Shown here: positions 9,280-19,175 of the stretch, piece by piece
How the letters are laid out: every line of letters starts with the position of its first letter
Numbering within the stretch: the stretch's first letter is position 1
Assembly (NCBI GenBank): GCA_963746535.1
Contig: CAVVBP010000007.1
Coordinates: forward strand, 752,319 to 816,318
Length of the DNA: 64,000 nucleotides
Direction: 5' to 3'
Origin: Vicinamibacterales bacterium
GTDB taxonomy: Bacteria; Acidobacteriota; Vicinamibacteria; Vicinamibacterales; JAMQPK01
The notes under the pieces: generated by a model
Seen by the model: only the letters and a program-made list of their open reading frames with translations
Told to the model about the DNA's origin: nothing
Database searches by the model: none
Made by a program: the position numbers and the translations under genes

Positions 9280-10965
9280 TCACCTGTCTTCCGGGGGATG
9301 TTCGGAATACTTGATGTCCCGGAACAGGCTCACGCCCATGATGCACGCCGTCGCATAGCCGATCGCGCCGAACAGCGACACACCTCCGACGAGCGGCTCA
9401 GCATGCAGGCTCCAGAGGAGGGACGAGCCAAGAAGGAGCGACGATGTCAGCAGACCCAGGACCAAACGATTGACGACCGGGTCAAGACGTCGATGCTCCA
9501 GGTGCACGCTGAGGCTTCCCGCGCGCATGCTTGCCAGCATGTCGTTGAGGTCGCTCGGGACCGTGCGCAGCAGACGCTCCCATACGCGCGCGCCGCGCTG
9601 CACCTGGAGCCAGACCCGTTTGGGGGCCAACCTGCGCCTGGCCGCGTCTTCGGCATACGGTCGAATCAATTCGAACAGGCCGAACTGCGGATTGAGCTGC
9701 TTGGCGGTCCCTTCGAGCTCGCCGAGCATCCGCAGTAGCAGCATCACGCCGGGCGGCAGGAACAGGCGGTTCTCGTAAATGACGGCGGTCAGGCTCCTGA
9801 CCAGCGCGGCGACATCGACGCTGCCGATGCTCTGCCCCGCGTACTCGGTGACGAGCTCCGTGATGTCGGACTGCAGCCGTTTGCGCTCGGTCGTGGGCGG
9901 CGTTGTGCAGAGGTCCCACACCGCCTCGGTGACGGTTTGCGGATCGCGACGCACCGCTGCGAGGAGCAGGTCCTCGATGGCCTCGCGCAGATCGTCGTCC
10001 AGCCGTTGGACCATGCCGCAATCGAGCACTCCCACGACGCCATCGGGCAGGACCTTGAGGTTCCCGGGATGCGGATCCGCGTGGTAAAAGCCATCGCGGA
10101 AGATCATCTCCAGGTACATGTTCGCGCCGCGCCTGGCGAACTCGTCCATCTCAGGGTTCGGCCCCGGGACTAATTTGACCTGCGACACGAGCGCGCCCTC
10201 GAGTCGCTCCATGGTCAGGACGCGTCCTGAGCACAGCTCGGGATACGGGACCGGAAAATGGACGGTGTCGTCCGCGGCGAAGTTTTGACGGAACTGCTGG
10301 ATGTTGCGCAGCTCGCGCAGGAAATCGAGCTCGGCGCGCATCGTCTTCGTGAACTGATGGACGAGGGCGACCGGGTGGTACGGCTTCAGGTCGTCGACAT
10401 GGCGTTCGGCCAGTGCCGCAAGATCCGCGAGCATGCTCAGGTCGGCTTCGACCCGACCCTCGATGCCGTCTTTCTGAACCTTGACGACGACGTGCTCGCC
10501 GCTGTGCAGACGCGCGTGGTGCACCTGCGCGATGGAGGCTGATGCAAACGGCGTGGGATCGAACGAGGCGAACAGGGTCGCGGGCGGACTTCCGAGCTCC
10601 TTCTGAATCGTCGCCTCCGCCACGCCCGACGGATCGGGCGGCGTCTGGCTTTGCAGGTGCGTTAACTCGGCTGCCACATCTTGCCCGACCAGATCCGGCC
10701 GCGTGCTCAGCATCTGACCGAACTTGATGAACGTGGTGCCCAGTTCGCTCAGCGCCAGCCGGATGCGGACGGGCGTGCTGAGATCCACGATGTTCTGGCC
10801 TGCCGACCCGCGCAGCCACTGTTGCATGCGCTTCCCCGGCATCTTGCGAAGTTGATCGGCGAGGCCGTATCGAACTGCGACGCTGGCGATCTGCCGGAAC
10901 CGATGCGTGTTGCGCTGGCGTTGGCTGCGTCGTTCCAGACGTTCGCGCACGGAGGCGATGTTCAT
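9280..10965 (-). CDS. ABC1/UbiB-family atypical protein kinase with C-terminal TM helices
   Basis: FIKFGQMLSTRPDLVGQDVAAELTHLQSQTPP, SIAQVHHARL, HADPHPGNL and LDCGMV motifs are typical of ABC1/AarF/UbiB. Two hydrophobic C-terminal segments. The start could also be at 11058. Confidence 0.85.
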   Translation of the reverse strand: MNIASVRERLERRSQRQRNTHRFRQIASVAVRYGLADQLRKMPGKRMQQWLRGSAGQNIVDLSTPVRIRLALSELGTTFIKFGQMLSTRPDLVGQDVAAELTHLQSQTPPDPSGVAEATIQKELGSPPATLFASFDPTPFASASIAQVHHARLHSGEHVVVKVQKDGIEGRVEADLSMLADLAALAERHVDDLKPYHPVALVHQFTKTMRAELDFLRELRNIQQFRQNFAADDTVHFPVPYPELCSGRVLTMERLEGALVSQVKLVPGPNPEMDEFARRGANMYLEMIFRDGFYHADPHPGNLKVLPDGVVGVLDCGMVQRLDDDLREAIEDLLLAAVRRDPQTVTEAVWDLCTTPPTTERKRLQSDITELVTEYAGQSIGSVDVAALVRSLTAVIYENRLFLPPGVMLLLRMLGELEGTAKQLNPQFGLFELIRPYAEDAARRRLAPKRVWLQVQRGARVWERLLRTVPSDLNDMLASMRAGSLSVHLEHRRLDPVVNRLVLGLLTSSLLLGSSLLWSLHAEPLVGGVSLFGAIGYATACIMGVSLFRDIKYSEHPPEDR

Positions 10966-11117
10966 GACGGTCACCCTGATCCGCAAAGGGCGTTCCAATG
11001 GGTCTGCGTAGGCATCGGCCGATGAAGTGCTCAGGGTCGTGACGAAATCAAGGCACAAGACCTGTGGCCGTCAGCACGACCGAGGGCAGCGCCGTTGCAC
11101 TGCACGCGAACATCGCC

Positions 11118-11513
11118 ATGTCCCGCCTCTTGATTCTGGGCGCGACCGGGTCTCTCGGTCGCCACGTGCTGCGACAGGCGCTCGCCGCCGGCCACGCGGT
11201 CACAGTGTCCGTCCGGACGCCGTCCAAGCTGCCGCCCGAAGTCCGGGAACGAGTGTCCGTTCACAGCGGCGACCTCGGCGCCGTCGTGCCTCCCGATCTC
11301 GTCAGCGGCCAGGACGCCTTGATCAATGGCGCCGGCCACGTCGCCGACGGCGAAGCGTTCGTCGCCATGGTCGACACGCTTGTCACCTGGATCGTGCCGT
11401 ACGCAGATGCGGCTGCCCTGATGCTCGCAAACCTCGATCGTGGTGACGCCATGTCGCGCCATCGCGTCGGGCTGGCGCTGCCTGTGGGGATGCGCGGGCG
11501 GAAGCCGCGGTAG
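11118..11513 (+). CDS. NAD(P)-binding (NmrA/atypical SDR-like) protein, abnormally short; possibly internally deleted
   Basis: MSRLLILGATGSLGRHVLRQALAAGHAVTVSVR Rossmann GxxGxxG start. Only 131 aa, and the central part of the fold appears to be missing. Confidence 0.5.
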   Translation: MSRLLILGATGSLGRHVLRQALAAGHAVTVSVRTPSKLPPEVRERVSVHSGDLGAVVPPDLVSGQDALINGAGHVADGEAFVAMVDTLVTWIVPYADAAALMLANLDRGDAMSRHRVGLALPVGMRGRKPR

Positions 11514-11552
11514 GGCGTGGGTTCGGGATCTCCGCCGCACGAGGAAGAAGCG

Positions 11553-11600
11553 GGACGATCACCGCCTGCAGATCTGGCTCTTTCGAGTCGGTGATCGTCC
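11553..11600. terminator. 12-bp perfect inverted repeat between convergent genes (possible bidirectional terminator hairpin)
   Basis: GGACGATCACCG (11553-11564) and CGGTGATCGTCC (11589-11600) with a 24-nt loop. No U-tract. Confidence 0.3.
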
Positions 11601-11618
11601 AAACCAGTGGCGACAGAG

Positions 11619-11945
11619 TTACTTCTTTTCCGACGGTGTCGTGAACTTGCGCCTGAAGTCCTCGAGCGACGCCTGGAACGCCACGATCGCCGCATCGATG
11701 TCGACCTTGGCGCGTGCGACCTGCACGTCTCGCGTCGTCTTGAGGTCGACCACCATCCGTTCGATGTTTTGTCTGGCGGCCTTCAAGCCATTGATCGCGG
11801 AGATTTCTGCCTGTGCCCGCCTTGGCTTCGCACTCGCCTCGAGCTCGTCGATGCGGATGTTCGCCGCGTGAATCTGCGCGGCGATCTTGTCCTCGTAGGC
11901 TTGGAGTGTGGACGCGGTTCCGGGTTGTGTGTTTTGTGTCTCCAT
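11619..11945 (-). CDS. Small coiled-coil protein, unknown function
   Basis: ATG at 11945 after AGGAGAAGG. Heptad-like, charged helical sequence (IAAQIHAANIRIDELEASAK...). Confidence 0.55.
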   Translation of the reverse strand: METQNTQPGTASTLQAYEDKIAAQIHAANIRIDELEASAKPRRAQAEISAINGLKAARQNIERMVVDLKTTRDVQVARAKVDIDAAIVAFQASLEDFRRKFTTPSEKK

Positions 11946-12250
11946 TTTCCTTCTCCTCTTCACATCAGCGATACGCGCACGGTCAGCCCTGAAGTCGGGC
12001 CCCGCGGATGAAAGACCGCAAGTGTCGTTCCGCGGGACGCAGCTGAAGGAAACGATGTATCCCGTTCTCAGTCAAAATGTTACGGACTCATGGCGATGGG
12101 CGGGCCGGTGCGACCGTGACGAAATAAAGGCACGAGATCTCTCAGCGTCACGGGGAGTGGGGTCACGACCTGGGCGAACCTGCGGCGTGGGCCAATCGAG
12201 CCCGGCGCGAATGAAGTCTGGCGTTTGAGAATCCGGGAGAGCGACGCCCG

Positions 12251-14332
12251 TCAGCGGGTGCGGGCGTCGCGATTTGCGCCGGCCTGTGGCCTTGGTCGGA
12301 CGATGCCCAGCCGTCGCATCGTCGAGACAAGTGACGTGCGTTTGAGACCAAGGCGCGCGGCCGCGCCCTGGGTGCCGCCAATGACCCAGTCCGTCTGCTC
12401 GAGCGCGCGCAGGATGTGGTCGCGTTCGGCGTCCTCCAGCGTCACGGGCGAGGACGTGAGAGGCGAGGGCAACTCGAACTCCGAGCGGGGTACGGTCAGC
12501 ACCGTGCCCTGCGACAGGATGACCGCGCGCTCGATCACGTTCTGCAGCTCGCGGATGTTGCCGGGCCACGGCCAGCGGCACAGCATCTCCATGCTCTCGC
12601 GGGAGACCGACTCGATGGGCCGCCGTAGCCCCTTGGCGAACCGCTGCGCGAAGTAGCGGACGAGCAAAGGAATGTCCTCCCGGCGTTCCCGCAGCGGCGG
12701 AATGCGTATGGGAAACACGTTCAGGCGGTAGTACAGATCCGAGCGAAATTCCCGCTTCGCCACCATGTCTTCGAGATCGCGGTTAGTGGCGGCGATCAGC
12801 CGAAAGTCGACGCGAATGGTTCGCGTGCTTCCCAATCGCTCGATTTCACGCTGCTGAAGCGCGCGCAGCAGCTTCGACTGCAGTTCGAGTGGCACGTCGC
12901 CGATCTCGTCGAGGAACAACGTGCCCTGATGCGCCAGCTCGAAACGGCCGATTTTCTGCGCCAGTGCCCCGGTGAACGCTCCACGCTCGTGGCCAAACCA
13001 CTCGCTCTCGAGGAGCCCCGCGGGCGAGGTGGCGCAGTTCACCGTCACGAGCGACCGGCCTCGGCGCTCTCCGGCCGCGTGAATCGCCCGCGCGATGAGC
13101 TCCTTGCCGGTGCCGGTCTCGCCGAGCAGTAGGACGCTGGCATCGGTCGAGGCCACCGTGGCCACCTGGCTCAAGATGCGTTTCAGCGCCCGGCTTTCGC
13201 CGACGATCTCTCCGAAATGCTGGGCGCCTCGGATCTCCTCCTCCAGATAGATGTTCTCGCGCGCAAGGCGATCCCTCAGCGAAGCAATCTCGCCGAACGC
13301 GAGCGTATTCTCGAGCGCGAGAGCGATCTGCTCGGCGATCTGCGCGACCCAGCCCAACTCTTCGCTCGTGAATGGCGTCGGGGTCAGACGGCCGAGCGAG
13401 AGGATCCCGAGCACGCCATGCGGTGTCTTCAGCGGCGCGTTGCAGATGCGCTTCACACCCGACGCCTCGACGTGCGCCTTCAGCGCTTCCCACCCCTTCG
13501 GATCCGCACGTGTGACGTCCACGTCCACGGCGCGATCGAAGGGAGCGAGCCACGATGTGTATGGTTCGGTGTCGGGCCGGATGTGCGCCGCCAGGTCGTC
13601 GGGCCAGGCCAAAGCGTCCGGATCGATCACGAACGGTCCGATCCGGCGCTGTTCGTCGATGAGATACAGGTTCGTGTGATCGTGCAGGACGATCCGCCGG
13701 ACGTTCGGCACGATGGCCGCACGCAGCGCGGCGACGTCGCGCTGGGTGACGACCGCGTTGGTCATCTCGAGCAGCGTTCGCCAGTGATCGCGCTCGGCTT
13801 GCAGCTGGCGCTCACGCGCCACTGCCTCCTGCTGATGGCGTTCGTTGTCGATCGCCATGGCAACCAGCGCGCCAATGTGCCGCAGGAAACTGGTGTCGCA
13901 CTGACAGTACGTCCCTTCGCGCGATGACGCGAACGCGATCAGCCCCACCGGGCCCAGCGCGGTTGCGAGCGGCAGCAGACAGGCCGACTGCTGGCCGAAC
14001 CCGCGCAACGCGGCGATGACATCCGCGTATTCGCCTGGCTCGTCAAGGCGGTCGAAGACCATCGCCGGGGAACCCGTTGCGGCGAGGGCAGCCAGGCGCG
14101 CTTCATCGAGCGGCGCAACGGCCATCGACTGAACCTGCGCCGCCGCCGACGCACCGTCAGGCCCTCCAACGCGGACGGATTTCAGCTGTGCGGTTCTCCA
14201 TTCGTGATGCGGAACGACCACGCCAAGCACGTCGAAGTTGGCGACCGTTTGAAGAGAGGCGGCCAGCGGCGGCAGGAAGTCGTCAAGGTGAGTGTTACGA
14301 CCGATCAGGTCGATCACACGTGTGAGAGGCAT
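12251..14332 (-). CDS. Sigma54-dependent transcriptional activator (bEBP): GAF sensory domains, AAA+ domain and C-terminal HTH; FhlA-like architecture
   Basis: Walker A GETGTGKE, the sigma54-contact loop ERGAFTGA, FLDEIGD and RVDFRLIAATNRDL. Also a C-terminal Fis-type HTH (GAAARLGLKRTSLVSTMRRLGI) and about 370 N-terminal residues with GAF-like sequence. Confidence 0.9.
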   Translation of the reverse strand: MPLTRVIDLIGRNTHLDDFLPPLAASLQTVANFDVLGVVVPHHEWRTAQLKSVRVGGPDGASAAAQVQSMAVAPLDEARLAALAATGSPAMVFDRLDEPGEYADVIAALRGFGQQSACLLPLATALGPVGLIAFASSREGTYCQCDTSFLRHIGALVAMAIDNERHQQEAVARERQLQAERDHWRTLLEMTNAVVTQRDVAALRAAIVPNVRRIVLHDHTNLYLIDEQRRIGPFVIDPDALAWPDDLAAHIRPDTEPYTSWLAPFDRAVDVDVTRADPKGWEALKAHVEASGVKRICNAPLKTPHGVLGILSLGRLTPTPFTSEELGWVAQIAEQIALALENTLAFGEIASLRDRLARENIYLEEEIRGAQHFGEIVGESRALKRILSQVATVASTDASVLLLGETGTGKELIARAIHAAGERRGRSLVTVNCATSPAGLLESEWFGHERGAFTGALAQKIGRFELAHQGTLFLDEIGDVPLELQSKLLRALQQREIERLGSTRTIRVDFRLIAATNRDLEDMVAKREFRSDLYYRLNVFPIRIPPLRERREDIPLLVRYFAQRFAKGLRRPIESVSRESMEMLCRWPWPGNIRELQNVIERAVILSQGTVLTVPRSEFELPSPLTSSPVTLEDAERDHILRALEQTDWVIGGTQGAAARLGLKRTSLVSTMRRLGIVRPRPQAGANRDARTR

Positions 14333-14704
14333 GACATAAACCTCAGAACCAACCGCTCGACCGCCGCGAGTACCAGTCGGAGTTTGTGTCTGGTCCGCAT
14401 CATATCCTCTAACGCCCGGCGGCCACGACGCGAAGTATTCCCCACCGCGAGCGCGCCGGCGATGTGACAGTCGCGCCCAGGTCGCGTGACGTACCGGAAA
14501 CTTCTGACTTCATTTCGCCACCGCCGCCCCGCGCGGCAACGCCGACGGCTGGCGTCAACCTCCTGATGGACAAGCAGATACCACTACGGTCCGGCATTCG
14601 CGGGCGAGGTATCGATCTTGCCGCCAAGGTCACTGGAAGGACGCGAGCACGAGGACGCGCCGCAGTTCGCAGCGGAAGTCTTCGTCTGTGGCGAGGGCGC
14701 ATCA

Positions 14705-15004
14705 ATGTTACGGGTGATTACCGAGAGGCAGGGAGACCGCTACAGGCTCGAGCTCCATGGGGCACTCGGCGGCGAATGGGTGGCGGTGCTCGAACAACAC
14801 TGGCGCTCCATCATGGACGACCTGCCGTCCGCGAAGGTGACGCTCGTGCTGTCGAACGTCGACTTCATCGATCGCGACGGTGAACAGTTGCTCGAGCGAA
14901 TGCTTGACGACGACGTCGAGTTCGTCGTGGCCGGGTGCATGAATCGATATGTCATCGACAGCTTGAAGCCGGGTCTGCGCGCGGCCGAAGGAGGACAGCG
15001 ATGA
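14705..15004 (+). CDS. STAS-domain (anti-sigma-factor-antagonist-like) protein
   Basis: MLRVITERQGDRYRLELHGALGGEWVAVLEQHW...VTLVLSNVDFIDRDGEQLLERM follows the SpoIIAA/STAS pattern. Transcribed divergently from the bEBP. Confidence 0.55.
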   Translation: MLRVITERQGDRYRLELHGALGGEWVAVLEQHWRSIMDDLPSAKVTLVLSNVDFIDRDGEQLLERMLDDDVEFVVAGCMNRYVIDSLKPGLRAAEGGQR

Positions 15005-15291
15005 GATGTCCGGCGACAGTCAGAGACGCCCGCGAGGCTCGTGCCTTGATTTCGTCAGCGGGCTACGGCGTCGCGGCCGCGACTCACCGCGCAAGCCTGC
15101 GAACGATAACGGGATCGAGGGTCTCCGTCCAGTTGGCTCATTGGAACGAGGCTTGCCCTGTTGATGACAACGCTCGATGTGATGCTACGGCGGCACGGTG
15201 CTGCACACGACGTTGAGCAAGGAGCAGCAGGCGAAGGTCGAAGCAACGCTGCAAGGCCGGTAACACAACACACCAGGAAAGGAAGGCGCTT

Positions 15292-16086
15292 ATGGACAAA
15301 GTAGTCGCAGTCGTATTCAACGAGGAGAAGCAGGCGTACGAAGGATTGCGTGCGTTTCGCGACCTGCACGCAGACGGCAGCATCACGTTGTATTCGGATG
15401 CGGTCGTTGCCAAGGACGCGAGCGGAAAGCTCTCAGTGCGAGAAGGCGGTGAGGTTCCGGAGGGGACGTTCTTCGGTCTGCTCACCGGAAGCCTCATCGG
15501 GATCCTCGGAGGGCCACTCGGCGTGGCGGTCGGCGCGAGCACCGGGACGATGATCGGCGCAACGTTCGACCTGGCTCGGGCCGGCATCAGCGACGACTTT
15601 CTGCAGGAGATGTCGGAGTATCTGCTCCCCGGAAAGACCGCGGTCATCACGGAGGTCGATGAGGACTGGCAGGCGCCGATCGACACCCGGATGGAGGCGC
15701 TGGGCGGTCACGTATTCCGGCGCAATCGGATTGAGATCGAGGACGCCTACTACGAGAAGCAAATCGCCGCGGACCGCGAGGAGTTGGCCGCGCTGGAGGC
15801 GGAACTCAAGAAAGCCTCCGCGGAGCGGAAGGCCAGGCTCGAAGCGAGAATCGAGGACACACGCCACAAGCTTCAGGACAAACGGGACGAGCTCAAGGCC
15901 CGCATCGAATCGGTGAAGCGGGAGGGCGAAGCCAAGATCGAGTCTTTGCAGCAACAGTTGAAAACCGCGCGGGATGAGCGGAAGCAACGCCTCGAGAAGC
16001 GGCTGGCCGAGATCCGAGCCAATTACCGCGAGCGATCGGACAAGCTCCATCAGGCGTGGGAGCTCACGAAATCTGCGCTCCGCTGA
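15292..16086 (+). CDS. DUF1269-like membrane-associated protein with long C-terminal coiled coil
   Basis: RBS AGGAAAGGAAGG. The N-terminal half (AVVFNEEKQAYEGLRAF...GLLTGSLIGILGGPLGVAVGASTG...) resembles DUF1269. The C-terminal half is a charged coiled coil. Confidence 0.7.
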   Translation: MDKVVAVVFNEEKQAYEGLRAFRDLHADGSITLYSDAVVAKDASGKLSVREGGEVPEGTFFGLLTGSLIGILGGPLGVAVGASTGTMIGATFDLARAGISDDFLQEMSEYLLPGKTAVITEVDEDWQAPIDTRMEALGGHVFRRNRIEIEDAYYEKQIAADREELAALEAELKKASAERKARLEARIEDTRHKLQDKRDELKARIESVKREGEAKIESLQQQLKTARDERKQRLEKRLAEIRANYRERSDKLHQAWELTKSALR

Positions 16087-16178
16087 GCGCATGCTGAATC
16101 CTCGCACGGCGGACGAAGCGCCGTGCGGGGACCGCTGAAACGTTCTCACAACCCTCACTGTATGAAAAGGAGCATCTT

Positions 16179-16748
16179 ATGGCGAACTCGATGGCGAACT
16201 CGATGACGAACCCGATTGCCGGCGATATCCACCAGGCGACGACGTGGTCGATCGTGCTCAGTGTGCTGATGATCGCCGCTGGCGTGCTGGCGATCTTCTC
16301 TCCCGCGATCGCAGGCGTGGCCGTCACCGCCTTATTCGGATGGCTGCTGATCCTCAGCGGCATCCTGCACCTGGCGTATGCCTGGCAGGCGGGCCGCGCC
16401 GGCGCCGTCGTCTGGGAGATTCTGGTCGGAATTCTCTATGGCGGCGCGGGCTTCTACCTGCTCGCACACCCCGTCGCCGGCCTGGCGTCGCTGACGATGG
16501 TGCTGGCGATCTACCTGGTGATCGAAGGCGTTCTGGAGTTCATTCTGGCGTTCCAGTTGCGCCCGGCCCCGGGTAGCGGGTGGCTGCTATTCGACGGCAT
16601 TGTGACGCTGGCGTTGGCCGCGATGATCGGGAGCGCCTGGCCGATCAGCTCGGTTTGGGCGGTCGGCACGCTCGTCGGCGTCAGCATGTTCTTCAGCGGC
16701 ATCTCGCGGCTGATGACCTCGGTCGCCGTGCGCCGGGCCGTGGCGTAA
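16179..16748 (+). CDS. HdeD/DUF308-family membrane protein
   Basis: RBS AAAGGAG. Repeated ...GILHLAYAW... and ...GIVTLALAAMI... six-TM pattern typical of HdeD. Confidence 0.75.
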   Translation: MANSMANSMTNPIAGDIHQATTWSIVLSVLMIAAGVLAIFSPAIAGVAVTALFGWLLILSGILHLAYAWQAGRAGAVVWEILVGILYGGAGFYLLAHPVAGLASLTMVLAIYLVIEGVLEFILAFQLRPAPGSGWLLFDGIVTLALAAMIGSAWPISSVWAVGTLVGVSMFFSGISRLMTSVAVRRAVA

Positions 16749-16805
16749 CGGCAGGCGACGGCATTGCCCGTCGCTCTGCCGAAGCCGTAATGCACTGGAG
16801 GTCCC

Positions 16806-17846
16806 ATGCACCGTCGTACGCTGCTGCTCGCGCTCAGCCTGATTTCAAGCACCATCGTTCAGGCAGCGGTTGGGCGCGCACCGCTGACCATCTTCACGGA
16901 CCTCGGGCTGACGTCGCAACAGATCGCGGCCATCGACGCCGGCCGTCCGGTCGCGAAGGTCCTCCCGTGGGGCGGTCCGTCCGAGGTGTACGTGTTCGGC
17001 GCGGTGCACGTGCAGGGGTCACCAGAGACATACCTCGAGGCCGCGCGTGACGTCGGACGGCTGAGCGGCACGCCGGGATACCAGGGTATCGGCGAGATCC
17101 GCGAAGACGCAACGGTCGCAGATCTCAGCGCACTGGCGCTCGACCCGGACGATGTGAAGGCGCTCCAGAACTGCCGCGAAGGCTCGTGCGACTTGCAGTT
17201 GCCCACCAGCGGGATTCAACGGTTTCGGGACGGCGTGGACTGGTCGCGGCCCGATGCGGCGGATCAGGCCAACGCCCTCGCCCGTGCGGGGGTGCTGCAA
17301 CTGGTGCAGGCGTATCGAGGTGGCGGTAACGAAGCGCTCGGCGAATATCGGGATAAACAGCATCCCGCTCGTGTCGCCGATCAGTTCCAGACGATGATCG
17401 GCCGCGCGTCGACGCTGCCCGACGTGCTGCCGGAGCTGCGCCGCTATCTCCTCGGATACCCCAAGGCCGAGCTCGCCGGCGCCGACAGCTTCTTCTACTG
17501 GGAGAAGGTGTCGTTCGGACTGAAGCCCACGATTCGGGTGAATCACGCCGTCATCTATCGCGGCACGGCGCAGGGCCGCGACTTCGGCGTCGTCGCGATC
17601 AAGCAGCTGTACGCGACGCACTACTTCCATACCGCGCTGGACATGTCGGTGTGCGTCGACGACGGAGCGACGGTCGCCCCCCACGGTTTCTATCTGCTGA
17701 CGCTCAAAGGTTCAGAGCAGGAAGGGTTGACTGGCGTCAAAGGCTCGATCCTCCGGAAGGTCGTCGTGGACAAGACGCGCTCGTCGCTCGAAAGCGCGCT
17801 CGCCTCGATCAAGCGCTCTGTCGAACAGTCCGTGCCCCGTCGCTGA
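16806..17846 (+). CDS. Secreted protein of unknown function
   Basis: Signal peptide MHRRTLLLALSLISSTIVQA. Its stop lies 1 nt before the next start codon. Confidence 0.7.
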   Translation: MHRRTLLLALSLISSTIVQAAVGRAPLTIFTDLGLTSQQIAAIDAGRPVAKVLPWGGPSEVYVFGAVHVQGSPETYLEAARDVGRLSGTPGYQGIGEIREDATVADLSALALDPDDVKALQNCREGSCDLQLPTSGIQRFRDGVDWSRPDAADQANALARAGVLQLVQAYRGGGNEALGEYRDKQHPARVADQFQTMIGRASTLPDVLPELRRYLLGYPKAELAGADSFFYWEKVSFGLKPTIRVNHAVIYRGTAQGRDFGVVAIKQLYATHYFHTALDMSVCVDDGATVAPHGFYLLTLKGSEQEGLTGVKGSILRKVVVDKTRSSLESALASIKRSVEQSVPRR

Positions 17847-17847
17847 C

Positions 17848-18966
17848 ATGGATGCCCGCATGTCTGACGCCTCACAACATCCCTCGACGTTCACACAGCG
17901 TGCGCTCAAGTGGACAGTGTTCCTCGCCGCGACCGCGCTGGTCGTCTACTTCTGTCTGTTGATCGTGAAACCGTTTCTGAACGTGATTGCCTGGTCGTCG
18001 GTCTTGGTAATCACGTTCTATCCGGTACATCAACGGCTCGTGCGGAAGACCGGACGCGTGTCGTTGAGCGCGTTCGTCTGCAGCGTGATGGTGGTGGTGG
18101 CCTTCGTCATTCCACTCCTGTTCCTCACGGCTGTGGCAATCGATCAATTCGTGGCGCTGGGCGCCAGCCTGCAGCAGGTGTTCACCGACCAGACCGGCCT
18201 CAAAGCCTGGGCGCCGCTGCGGCAGGCCTACGAGTGGCTGAGTGACAGTCTGGGACTCGATGCCGCTGAAATCGTGGCGTGGACCCGACAGCACGCGAGC
18301 GAGCTGACGCGCGACGTTGCTGGATACACACTCGCGGCCGCGCAGAACGTGGCCGGCGCCGTGGTGTCGTTCGTCTTCGTCATCTTCGCGATGTTTCTGC
18401 TGTTCCGCGACGGAGACCGCATCGTCGCGAGGATTCCCGATCTGCTTCCTTTCGAACGGGCACGAAGCGAAGCGTTGCTCGCTCGGGTACGCGACGTCAT
18501 CTACGGCAGCGTGTACGGCGTCGTCGTCATCGCGGTCGTTCAGGGTGCGCTCTGCGGCGCGATCTTCTGGATCCTCGGGATTCCATCCGCCGCGCTGTGG
18601 GGCATGGTCACCGTGGTGACGAGTGTGCTTCCAGTGGTCGGTGCGGCTGGAGTCTGGGCGCCCGGCGCCGTGTACCTGGCCGCGACCGGGCATTGGACGC
18701 GCGCGATCATCCTCGCCGTGTTTGGAACGGCCGTGATCAGCACCGTCGATAATTTCCTGAGGCCCAGACTCGTCGGAGGCCGCGTCGGGCTGAGCGAGCT
18801 CGTGATGTTTTTCTCGCTGCTCGGCGGGCTGCAGGTGTTTGGCGTGTTGGGCGTCGTGCTCGGACCTGTGCTCTTTGCCATCGCCGGGGCGATCCTGGAC
18901 GTCTTGAGCGACGAAACTGCCGCGTCCGGCGGTGCGAAGACGCAGTCGGTCGACGCACGCTCCTGA
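17848..18966 (+). CDS. AI-2E (PerM/YhhT) family transporter
   Basis: Multi-TM protein with the family-typical C-terminal FLRPRLVGGRVGLSELVMFFSLLGGLQVFGVLGVVLGPVLFA. Confidence 0.85.
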   Translation: MDARMSDASQHPSTFTQRALKWTVFLAATALVVYFCLLIVKPFLNVIAWSSVLVITFYPVHQRLVRKTGRVSLSAFVCSVMVVVAFVIPLLFLTAVAIDQFVALGASLQQVFTDQTGLKAWAPLRQAYEWLSDSLGLDAAEIVAWTRQHASELTRDVAGYTLAAAQNVAGAVVSFVFVIFAMFLLFRDGDRIVARIPDLLPFERARSEALLARVRDVIYGSVYGVVVIAVVQGALCGAIFWILGIPSAALWGMVTVVTSVLPVVGAAGVWAPGAVYLAATGHWTRAIILAVFGTAVISTVDNFLRPRLVGGRVGLSELVMFFSLLGGLQVFGVLGVVLGPVLFAIAGAILDVLSDETAASGGAKTQSVDARS

Positions 18967-19175
18967 CCAATCCGGGACCGGAATCGTCTCAGCGGAATCC
19001 CAGCAACCAATCGCGACCTCGTCCGGAACGGCGCGTGGCGCCCGTGGCTGGCCGGTGACGTCTACAATCGGGACGGGAACGGGTGCGGGACGTCGGCCTG
19101 TATGTCGATCTGGCGCCTTGGCCATGCCACATCTTCCACGTGCGTGTACTGTAAGACGCGTCAGAAGGGATTCGA

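Noticed and set aside
15191-15206. CGGCACGGTGCTGCA upstream of the DUF1269-like gene, which looks like a sigma54 promoter.
   Set aside because: The GC of the -12 element is one nucleotide too close to the GG (GG-N9-GC), and sigma54 promoters do not tolerate spacing changes. It would only be viable if the assembly has an indel here.
15197-15262. Tiny frame ending TTLSKEQQAKVEATLQGR* between the STAS and DUF1269 genes, possibly the tail of a lost gene.
   Set aside because: It is only about 20 codons with no start/RBS context or recognisable family.
16179-16211. Tandem 12-nt repeat ATGGCGAACTCG x2.5 (MANSMANSMTN) at the start of the HdeD-like gene.
   Set aside because: It is in frame and very short. 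It only creates ambiguity between two equivalent ATG starts, and there is no evidence of phase-variable function.
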